From: Octopus sinensis
Lineage: Eukaryota
DNA: 64,000 bases
Reading direction: 5' to 3'
Assembly (NCBI RefSeq): GCF_006345805.1
Contig: NC_043002.1
Location: 61,256,001-61,320,000, forward strand
Positions 53,988 through 64,000 of this stretch are shown piece by piece; within the stretch, counting starts at the first letter, position 1; each line of letters opens with the position of its first letter. Both the position numbers and the translations under genes were made by a program. The notes under the pieces are model-generated. The model had not been told where the DNA came from. It worked only from the letters and a program-made list of their open reading frames with translations, and did not search any database.

Positions 53988-54089
53988 ATATATGTATGTA
54001 TGCATGTGTGTGTGTATGTGCAAAGAGTAAAAGTGTGAAAGGGTAGAGTAAGTACGGTTAAGCAGCTTTTTAATGATAGCTACAAATAC

Positions 54090-54348
54090 TTAGATACATA
54101 TGTTACCTTCTGGAACCATGCCAGGCTCCTAAAGGCCGGTTTCCCGGTTTCACTGGCGTATAAAATCCCCACCTGGACGGAACGACAGTCGGTCGTAGGA
54201 TTACACATTTTTGCCAGCTGAGTGGACTGGAGCAACGTGAAATGAAGTGCTTTGCTCAGGAACACAAGACATCGTCCGGTCCAGGAATCGAAACCACATT
54301 CCTACAGCTATGAATCCAGCAACCTAACCATTAAACCACGTGCCTTCA
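54090..54348 (-). mobile_element. tRNA-derived SINE, family S3
   Basis: Minus head 'gaaggcacgtggtttaatggttagg...ggtttcgattcc' (A- and B-box-like). Confidence 0.75.
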
Positions 54349-54779
54349 CTCGATAGATATAGATCTACGTATATATACAGGATTTAAATTCAAATTCAAA
54401 TTAAATTGGATTAGGCAACGATTTACCTGTATAATAAGATCCATAAGTATCTCCTCAGGCGATATTTTATCGCTGTCTCCGTAAGTAAATATGGCTTCTT
54501 TGAAACCGTATTTGTACTCTAATACATTCTTGACAGAACACACCTCAACTATCTATGTATGTGTGTATGTATGTATGCATGTATGTATGTATGTATGTAT
54601 GTATGTATGTATGTATGTATGTATGTATATATGTATGGATGGATGGATGGATGGATGGATAGATGGATAGATGCATGTATTATGGATGTATGTATATATG
54701 CATGTATATCATCCCTTTGCCGAAAGCGGTAGAGTTATGCTGTGATATGCATCGTTAACTTCTTGGAAGAACTTGTACC

Positions 54780-55080
54780 TCACTTTAGCAGTAAAAATTG
54801 CGTAAACACCAGAACAGGACACTAGTGCATATTGCTAAAGGTCCCAACATTGCCCTCAGGATACAGGGCTAGATACAGCAACATCTTGTGAATCAAGGAT
54901 CTACAGCTCTTCGTTATCCTTCCAGAAAGAGCGAGAGACATACATCGTGTTGATGTAGTTGTCTTCAAAGCAAATCTGAATCTCCTCTGGTCAATAGTTC
55001 CGGACGAACCTATCTGGAAGCAGCAAATGCAGATGAGGGCACCAAATGAAATTCACTCGGTCATCAGGTGCGACATATCA
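54780..55080 (+). mobile_element. Decayed CR1/L2-type LINE 3' end
   Basis: '...IVPDEP' plus upstream remnants characteristic of CR1-type ORF2 C-termini. Confidence 0.55.
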
Positions 55081-56162
55081 GAAGCCGTTTTAAATAGTAA
55101 ATATAATAAGGCTAACGGTGGTTCGCTGGCAACGCCATGCTCTTGAGCTGAAAATAGTGCGGGAAAAGAAAGTGAATATGTATGTGATATTAGCATGTGT
55201 GTGTATTAGCGTGTCCTTGTGTGTATGTGTGTGTATAAATTCTCAAAATAACATACAATCTCTTGACATAGATATCAACATGCATGAAATTATATATGGG
55301 TAATTTTGTGTTACTATAATTTGCATAATTACAAAGGAGAAACCAGCTAACATGAAGAATTGAAATGATTGAATGACATGGATATGGATAATTTTAATTT
55401 GATGGATTCCATGATGCATGAAAATAAAATCTTTAATTGTTGAAATGCTTCCTTTGGATGGAGGAGGAAAATTAACAATAGAAAACAATATGCTCTGTGG
55501 AAGAAATGTTGAGTTAATTGCAAGTAATTAAATCAATAATGAATTACACAATTTGGAACATGTAATAGATACATATACATACATATATATATATATATGT
55601 GTGTGTGTGTGTATGCGTGTATGTGTGTGTGTGAGTGTATATGTATATATATATAATATATGTATACATATATATATATACATATATATATGTATAAATA
55701 TATATATGTATATATATGTATGTACATATATACATATATATTTATATATGTATATATATATTTATATATATATATGCATATACACATATATATACATCTA
55801 TATGTTTGTGCATACATATATACATATATTACATATATACAACACTTCAGTATTACATGCATCAGCATATCGTACCTTGGAGTCTTATTTTATCATATAT
55901 TTATATATTAATCTAGAAATATAGAAAGTATCTAATAAAAGTCAATTATAATCCGTATTTGGGATTAATAGATATGCGGGTATACTATTTCAGATAATAT
56001 AAAAAATTGTATATACCCTGCTGGTAATAATGATTATGTCCTTTAAGTATCATTTCGAGATGTACAAACGGACACTATGAGTTTAATTTCAGGTATACCC
56101 ATTAGGTTTTTTATGTATTATCTGAAATAGAATACGTGCATATATATTAGTCCCCAAAACTG

Positions 56163-56228
<66 letters not shown>

Positions 56229-56368
56229 TGTATGTATATATATATGTATATATATATATATATAATATATGAATATATATGTATATATATATGTATATAT
56301 ATATATATATATATGTATAGATATATGTGTGTATATATATATGTTATATATATATATATATATGAATA

Positions 56369-56413
<45 letters not shown>

Positions 56414-56463
56414 ATATATATATATATATCTATATATATATATATATATGTATATGTATATAT

Positions 56464-56526
<63 letters not shown>

Positions 56527-56790
56527 TACGGAGATGTACTTGCATAGCAAGTGATTTGATCTGAGATCGTGTGCTGAAACGAAAACGATTGCAGCGTGGA
56601 AGGCGTTTGTAAGTCATTCAAGAAACACACAAAAGTCGTTCGATTCATTTCAACATTTAAGTTTAATTTGTTAAAATATTTTCGTCACTTTAAGACCGCG
56701 ACCTGTTCACTGACAAAAATCCGTGCTGCATCCGTGTTGTATATATATATGGAACACGGATGCAGCACGGATTATATATATATGTATACT
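56527..56790. repeat. Interspersed repeat ending in a 20-bp perfect hairpin (56719-56738 / 56753-56772)
   Basis: 'atccgtgctgcatccgtgtt' and 'aacacggatgcagcacggat' around a TA-rich loop; flanked by (TA)n. Confidence 0.7.
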
Positions 56791-56942
56791 TAAACATAAG
56801 AGAGAACTGCCTTGAACAGGCAGTTTTTACACGCTAGAAGTAGTCAAAACACTAAAACCACATAGTTAAGAGTAATCTAGGTAGCTTTGATTACTAGCGT
56901 GTAAAAACTGCCACATGAAGACAGCTTTCTCTTGTGCTTAAA
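56790..56942. mobile_element. Small MITE-like inverted repeat
   Basis: Perfect 19-bp arms 'ggcagtttttacacgctag' and 'ctagcgtgtaaaaactgcc', with degenerate outer arms. Confidence 0.6.
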
Positions 56943-57212
56943 TGTACACCATTTTATATTTAGAATACGTTGTCTATTGATATTTTTATAGATCCTAGAC
57001 CACCGGTAGCGACATTTCTAAAGAAAATCATACTCTACATTATACACACACACACACATATATAGGTATATATATATATATATATATATATCAACAATCA
57101 AGGAACGGCCATGATAGGCCATTCACCCACTAGAAATAACAGCCAAAGCTTCAACCGCAAATAAAGATTAATTCCGTAAACAGGAGAAAATTTAAAAAAC
57201 ATTTACCCTGTA

Positions 57213-57318
57213 ATTTCTTGTACGATGCACCGTTTCATCTGCTGTTAATGGTAAACTAACCTGATTAAATTAAATCAAGCCAATCTTCCATAGGCCCTCA
57301 GATTCTTCAGCAAGAAAT
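57213..57318 (-). ncRNA. Type I hammerhead motif (family C), unit 1
   Basis: atttcttg-CTGAAGA-atctg...cagat-GAAA-cggtgcatcg-TA-caagaaat. Confidence 0.87.
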
Positions 57319-57703
57319 AGCCAAGTCGGAACAGATATTTTCACGAGGCATTTCAAACCCTGCCAAGGTAATATCTGACCTAAAATTTTCAAATCGTCGC
57401 ATTCGCGCCAAATTTATCGGCAGCAAATAAATATAACCGTCGATTCCATTACGGAATTAACCAGAAAATTCATAATTAATCAATATAGGGTGGCCGAAAA
57501 AAATTTTGTAGAATTCTTTTTGCCACCAGCGGCCTAGTGGGAAAAAATTAAATAGTCATAGACCATTTTTAAGTTCAACATCAACAATCAAGGAACGGCC
57601 ATGATAGGCCATTCACCCACTAGAAATAACAGCCAAAGCTTCAACCGCAAATAAAGATTAATTCCGTAAACAGGAGAAAATTTAAAAAAACATTTACCCT
57701 GTA

Positions 57704-57810
57704 ATTTCTTGTACGATGCACCGTTTCATCTGCTGTTTAATGGTAAACTAAGCTGATTAAATTAAATCAAGCCAATCTTCCATAGGCCCTCAGATTCTTC
57801 AGCAAGAAAT
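57704..57810 (-). ncRNA. Type I hammerhead motif (family C), unit 2
   Basis: Same stems and core as unit 1. Confidence 0.87.
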
Positions 57811-58194
57811 AGCCAAGTCGGAACAGATATTTCACGAGGCATTTCAAACCCTGCCAAGGTAATATCTGACCTAAAATTTTCAAATCGTCGCACTCGCGCC
57901 AAATTTATCGGCAGCAAATAAATATAAGCCGTCGATTCCATTACGGAATTAACCGGAAAATTCATAATTAATCAATATAGGGTGGCCGAAAAAAATTTTG
58001 TAGAATTCTTTTTGCCACCAGCGGCCTAGTGGGAAAAAATTAAATAGTCATAGACCATTTTTAAGTTCAACATCAACAATCAAGGAACGGCCATGATAGG
58101 CCATTCACCCACTAGAAATAACAGCCAAAGCTTCAACCGCAAATAAAGATTAATTCCGTAAACAGGAGAAAATTTAAAAAACATTTACCCTGTA

Positions 58195-58301
58195 ATTTCT
58201 TGTACGATGCACCGTTTCATCTGCTGTTTAATGGTAAACTAACCTGATTAAATTAAATCAAGCCAATCTTCCATAGGCCCTCAGATTCTTCAGAAAGAAA
58301 T
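58195..58301 (-). ncRNA. Type I hammerhead motif (family C), unit 3
   Basis: Core intact; a substitution at 58294 breaks the stem I pair next to the core. Confidence 0.75.
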
Positions 58302-58699
58302 AGCCAAGTCGGAACAGATATTTTCACGAGGCATTTCAAACCCTGCCAAGGTAATGTCTGACCTAAAATTTTCAAATCGTCGCACTCGCGCCAAATTTGG
58401 GTGAATGGCCTATCATGGCCGTTCCTTGATTGTTGATGTTGAACTTAAAAATGGTCTATGACTATTTAATTTTTTCCCACTAGGCCGCTGGTGGCAAAAA
58501 GAATTCTACAAAATTTTTTTCGGCCACCCTATATTGATTAATTATGAATTTTCTGGTTAATTCCGTAATGGAATCGACGGCTTATATTTATTTGCTGCCG
58601 ATAAATTTGGCGCGAGTGCGACGATTTGAAAATTTTAGGTCAGATATTACCTTGGCAGGGTTTGAAATGCCTCGTGAAAATATCTGTTCCGACTTGGCT

Positions 58700-58806
58700 A
58701 TTTCTTGCTGAAGAATCTGAGGGCCTATGGAAGATTGGCTTGATTTAATTTAATCAGGTTAGTTTACCATTAAACAGCAGATGAAACGGTGCATCGTACA
58801 AGAAAT
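58700..58806 (+). ncRNA. Type I hammerhead motif (family C), inverted unit
   Basis: Stem I 58700-58707/58799-58806, CTGAAGA 58708-58714, stem II 58715-58719/58778-58782, GAAA 58783-58786, GTA 58796-58798. Confidence 0.87.
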
Positions 58807-59089
58807 ACAGGGTAAATGTTTTTTAAATTTCTCCTGTTTCGGATTAATCTTTATTTGCGGTTGAAGCTGGCTGTTATTTATAGTGGGTGAATGGCCTATC
58901 ATGGCCGTTCCTTGATTGTTGATGTTGAACTTAAAAATGGTCTATGACTATTTAATTTTTTCCCACTAGGCCGCTGGTGGCAAAAGAATTCTACAAAATT
59001 TTTTTCTGCAACCCTATATTGATTAATTATAAATATATATAATAATATATTACTTATATAAACGCATATACATATATATATATGCATAT

Positions 59090-59317
59090 TCTTTTATTCG
59101 TTTATTCTTTTAATTGTTTCAGTCATTTGACTGCGGCCATGCTGGAGCACCACCTTTAGTCGCACAAATCGACACCAGGAATTTTTCTAAGCCTAGAACT
59201 TATTCTAACGGGATTTTATTACCGAACCGCTAAGCTACGGGGATGCAAACACAACAGCATCGGTTGTCAAGCGATGGTGGTGGACAAACACAGTTACAAA
59301 CACAAACACTCACACAC

Positions 59318-59354
<37 letters not shown>

Positions 59355-59378
59355 AACACACATATATATTATATATAT

Positions 59379-59409
<31 letters not shown>

Positions 59410-59550
59410 AACGACGGGCTTCTTTCAATTTCCATCTACCAAATCCACTCAAAAGGCTTTGGTCGGCCCGAGGCTATAGTAAAAGACACTTTTCCCAAGG
59501 CGCTACGCAGTGGGACTGAACCCGGAACCATGTGGTTGATAAGTAAGGTG
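59090..59550 (-). mobile_element. SINE family S1 with internal microsatellite
   Basis: Reverse-complement family sequence. Confidence 0.82.
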
Positions 59551-59949
59551 CAACAGGCAGGTGTATTAGTTTGACGCTTGAGAAGAATGAAACATTCTTG
59601 ATCGTTTCGAACTTACGCCCTTCGACAGAAAGGATTGAGAGGGGAAAATGGATGGAGGAAAGAATGTTTAGAGAGTAACTGTTCAACACAACGTATGTAT
59701 ATACCTATAATTATATAACAGTATTTAAATATATATATATATATAATACATACATACATACATACATATATATATGTGTGTGTATGTGTGTATGTGTGTG
59801 TGTGTGTTTGCACGTGTGTGTTATACCAATGTACATTTGTCTCTCGGCGTATATTCGTTGTGTGTTCCAAGTTGACGTACCCCTTTACATGTTACTACCT
59901 CCCCTCCCCGATTTGTTTTCTTTCCATTTGCTTCCGCCTTGTGCTTGGT

Positions 59950-60470
59950 ATCAGATCGAATGCTGTTTGCTTTCATATTGCTCCTTATCAGACAACGTGA
60001 GGGGCTTTGGTTATGCAGCTTTATCAGCATGGAATACAGGTGATCTGTGCATTTAGTAAGATGCGATGTGGGAATCGGTGGTGTGCTACTTGACCAGCGT
60101 TGTCCCCACGCCACCTAGCCAGTCAAATTCTCTTATAACCATTTCTAGACGTAAGATTAAGCGCTTAGAAACCAGGTATCTCCTTCTTCGTCGCTGTTTT
60201 TTAGTTGGAACTCTTACCGATGGCATTGACCCAGCTATATCAGTAGTGGATCAAGGTTTCCTATCTCTAAGACACGTCTCCTTGTACTTTGACAGATTCC
60301 ATCACTCCGTTCATATCAACGCTGTCGAAAGCCATACGCAGCGGAAATTTGTATTGTTTCAGTTGGTTTGTCGGCTGTGATCGATCGTACTGTAGGTTTA
60401 TAGGAAAAGTTGCTTGCCTCTTCCGTTACTGGTTATCGAGTGTTTTCGAGTGACTGGTGTCTATGACGCT
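59950..60470 (-). mobile_element. Decayed RTE-type reverse transcriptase fragment
   Basis: Minus translation includes 'AFDSVDMNGVMESVKVQG' and a 'GDT' remnant in the expected order. Confidence 0.55.
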
Positions 60471-60479
60471 CGTAAAAAG

Positions 60480-60895
60480 TTTGCGAGTGGCTGTGTGGTA
60501 AGTCGCTTGCTTACTAGCATTATGGTTCAGGGTTCAGTCCCACCGCGTGGCACTTTGGGCAAGTGTCTTCTACTATAGCCTCGGGCCGACCAAAGAATTG
60601 TGAGTGATGAAAGAAGCCGGCCGTATGTATGCATGTATATATATATATATGTATATATATATGGGGGAAGGGGTGGTTTTTTGGGTGGTGGTGTTTGTCT
60701 TTGTCTCCCGAACGTCGCTTGGTAACTGATGCTGGTGTGTTTACGTCTCCGTAACTTAGAGGTTCGGCAAAAGAGGCCGATAGAATAAGTATTAGGCTTA
60801 CAAAGAATAAGTCCTGGGGTCGACTTGCTCGACTAAAGGTGGTGCTCCAACATGGCCGCAGTCAAATGATTGACACAAAAAAAAGAATAAAAGAT
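60480..60895 (+). mobile_element. SINE family S1
   Basis: Head-to-tail family match. Confidence 0.82.
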
Positions 60896-61320
60896 GTGAT
60901 ATGAGGCATATGAGGCGATTGTTTCTTAGATCTTTTATTACCCTTCTTATGAATCAGGGTGGAATTTCACTCGTTCTGCAGCGTAGGTATCTTACCTTGC
61001 TTCAAGTCGGAACGATTGAAAATAACAATGTGGGTGAGAAGAAGTAAAATGAAAGGAAATGTAAACAGGGTAGCTTGAGAAATATTGTAAGAATTCCATT
61101 TGATTTTCGATATTTCCTTCAAACTTTTCTGAAGCATTTTTGTCTCTTCTAATTTCTAATCCCTGCTTCAATGAAATAAATACCACATGCACAATCACTA
61201 GAGTGATAGATTTACGCTAGAAATCGGTATATTCAGTATTTAATTTCACGAAATTTACTTTGTATTATGTACATAATTTCCTTGATACATATTTCCTTGT
61301 TCCTCAGTTCATTAACTAAA

Positions 61321-61385
61321 GCAGCGTTTCCCAACCTGGGGTCTGCGCCCACCCGGTGATGCACATAGGTAGTACTGGGGATCCG
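61321..61385. mobile_element. Possible hAT (Charlie-like) terminal fragment
   Basis: 'cagcgtttcccaacctgggg' terminus; the partner end was not found. Confidence 0.4.
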
Positions 61386-61699
61386 TAAACTTAATTCACA
61401 ATTTCGGATATATATATATATATATATAATATATATATCATATTATTACTACAAATTTGGGATGTTATCAATAGAACCGCAACTGTTATTTCAGGATAAC
61501 ATTATTGTATGGAATAAACATGGTATGCTGTATCCAATAAAGTAATATTTGAAGTTTTAAAAAAACCTACTATAAATATATATGTATATATACACAAACA
61601 TGAAAGAAGTAAATATACCCCATTATAATCATTAAAATTTATTTAAATCTGAAATAATATATTCAAATTACTTATTAGTTGTTAAAATGTGATAATTCA

Positions 61700-62700
61700 C
61701 TATTTAGTAGACATGCTCTTTGCATTTTTCAATGCAAGGGCCCTATGCGGTATGTCACTGATCAGATGGTGAATATTCTCTCGCGGAATTTCTTGCTAAG
61801 TTTCATGCAATACTCTCAAAAGATCAGGCTTTGAAGATGCTTTCTTCTGTTTATGAAATGTCCTTTCCATTATGCCCCAGAGGTGATCTATAGGGTTCTT
61901 ATCTGGAGACTGGCTTGGCTTTTGAAACTTTCCAATGCCATTCTTTTCCAACAAATCTTGCGTCATTTTAACCTTGTGACAAGGAATTCTATCTTCCATA
62001 AATAGAAAGTCTTCTTTAATAATTTCACCATTGGCGAAGTTTGGAAGGAGTTCTTACTGTAATATGGACACATATTTATTTGAATTTATCTTTTCCTCTC
62101 ACTCCATCAGCTCTGATCAGCCATTGCTCTAAATTGTTCTCCAGACCATAACAAAGTAGCTGCTGTATTTCATTGCTGGTTGCAATCATTTCACATCAAA
62201 TTCTTGATCACAGAGTCTCCAAACCCACAATCGACCACCGTTATGAATACAGCAAAACTGGACTCATCAGAGAATATAACAGTGTCCCAAAATGCTAATG
62301 GCCTCCCCACCATCTCACTGGCCCAATATTTGTTCCGCTTCATATTGGCTAGTCAAAGATGTGGCTTCCTTCTCCCTGCTCTGCTATAGTAACCAAGTTT
62401 GCGGAGATACATGACATCAACTCGCTCTGCTATGCCAGAGGTCTTGCAACAAGGATTATCCTCCACACTTCCCTTAGTAAAGGGAAGGGTCCTGTCAGAG
62501 GGCCTTGGGTGATCTGAACAAGGTGATGCGAGCTCCTTCCACTCTTTGGTGAATTGCACAATCACTCCGTTAAATGTAGAAAGCGGGATCCCAAGGTTTT
62601 CTGCGATTTTACGCTGACTATATCCACCTTTAGAATGACCCACAATACGGCCCCTTTGAAATTCAGACAGTTACAAGGCTTCTTTTGCACATGACAGTAT
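61700..62700 (-). mobile_element. Decayed Tc1-family transposase
   Basis: '[17 protein letters not shown]' (HTH), '[17 protein letters not shown]', 'PCH...PSQSPDKNPIDHLW'. Confidence 0.88.
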
Positions 62701-62839
62701 TAAGCAGTCACCTATAGTATCTGAAACATATATAATGTCAATTAATAAAAAACCTTTACAAGTTAGGATAAACAAAAAAATTATGCATTGGGGGGCGGGG
62801 TGTATTTACTTCTAACATATGTGTATATCTATCTATATA

Positions 62840-62892
<53 letters not shown>

Positions 62893-62910
62893 GTCTATCT
62901 ACACACGCAC

Positions 62911-62976
<66 letters not shown>

Positions 62977-63182
62977 TTGTGTCTGGGGAGAGCTTTTTTG
63001 TGCCTTACGTTGCCTAGGTTGCAACACGCAACGAAAAGTTTAGGAAAATAAAAATAAGAAATAAGTGGAAATTCGACCGATGAGTGTGTTACATTTTAAG
63101 GTGCAAAAAGAAAAAGACACAACAGAATATACTTCAACACACGAACTAATATAAAGAATCTTGCAACTCAAATCCCAAAACG

Positions 63183-63233
<51 letters not shown>

Positions 63234-63685
63234 ATATATATAAGGATAAGCGTATTATGAGGAATCCGTGGGAGAACTCATTTAAATTAAGGGTTTGTAG
63301 CAGCTGTTGGAAACCATTGAACTAGGTAGTAAAGTAATCTAAGAAATTCATTGACAAATGTCTTAGAAATCCAATCCACTATTTTAAATACGTCAAAAGT
63401 ATGACTTAAAGATCGACATTCAATTTTAGTTACATGCCAAGCGAAGTCATTGGGTACATTATATTGTTGATGTCATGACATATTTAGAGTATCAGTGGCA
63501 ATTAAAGATTACAATGATGATGATGATGACGATGGTGATGATGATGGTAGTCATAATGATGATGATAACGATGACGATGAGGAGGGGGAAGAAAAACAGG
63601 TGTAAAATAATGTCGACAGGAAGAATATGAGGCAAATCCCAACGAAATTAATTAACAAGTGGATCCTATATGCGTTTACTAACCC

Positions 63686-63725
<40 letters not shown>

Positions 63726-64000
63726 CGTGATAAGTGTAGGTGCGATGTTACAGTAAATTTTGAATCAATACAAGTCATTATTACCATTTTCAAATATAAT
63801 CGTTAAAAGCATGCGACGTTATGAATATTCTATTTCATTCCAAATCACATCTTTTCTAAATTGCATAACACAACTGAATATCCTTATATATGTTTGTATA
63901 CCGATGCAGTTGACACTCAAGAATCCATTGACCAAACTGTATAGGTCAGAATGCCATCGATAAAGCCGTTTTTGTCCTGCTTTCCTTCCGTCAACCTGTA

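Larger units (their letters stand above)
57091..59030. repeat. ~491-bp tandem array with the distal part inverted; one hammerhead per unit
   Basis: Units start at 57091, 57581 and 58073 (third truncated at 58398). 58399-59030 is the same repeat in reverse (full unit 58437-58922). Confidence 0.95.

Noticed and set aside
56660-56720. Minus-strand hammerhead-like arrangement (gtcgc/gtgac followed by GAAA)
   Set aside because: The CUGANGA box reads GTGAACA and stem I is poor; at most a dead relic.
57104-57133. Hairpin followed by CTAG suggesting a Helitron 3' end for the 491-bp unit
   Set aside because: CTAG is followed by A rather than T or TC, and the array ends do not coincide with it; the hammerhead plus inversion fits a PLE/retrozyme better.
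57091-59030. CRISPR-like or rDNA-type array
   Set aside because: Whole units are near-identical with no unique spacers, and there are no rRNA or tRNA motifs.

Overview
AT-rich, microsatellite-dense animal genomic DNA. The SINE and repeat complement looks like Octopus (inferred from recognising the repeats, not from a search). The only host genes I can support form a cluster of compact rhodopsin-class (class A) GPCRs between 7.3 and 45 kb. Three have open ORFs (7366-8343, 29479-30447, 43946-44986; all minus strand). One is frameshifted (39871-40807), one is a TM6-7 remnant (10315-10600), and one is a heavily decayed, inverted copy (about 22420-23300) that the ORF track does not show. Four of the five minus-strand members have a GTAAGT/GTAAAT donor-like motif at almost the same position, at the end of the coding region. 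The rest is transposon-derived: Penelope-like elements (PLEs), Tc1/mariner, hAT, RTE, R4/Dong, CR1 and REL-domain LINE fragments, tRNA-derived SINEs, MITEs and simple repeats. The main non-coding signal is ten well-formed type I hammerhead ribozyme motifs from three unrelated sequence families, all in fold-back (inverted) insertions next to (TA)n. One family is a ~491-bp tandem array (57091-59030) with one hammerhead per unit, i.e. a retrozyme-like architecture. No rRNA, tRNA gene or CRISPR array was seen. All calls are by eye; no search or folding program was run.
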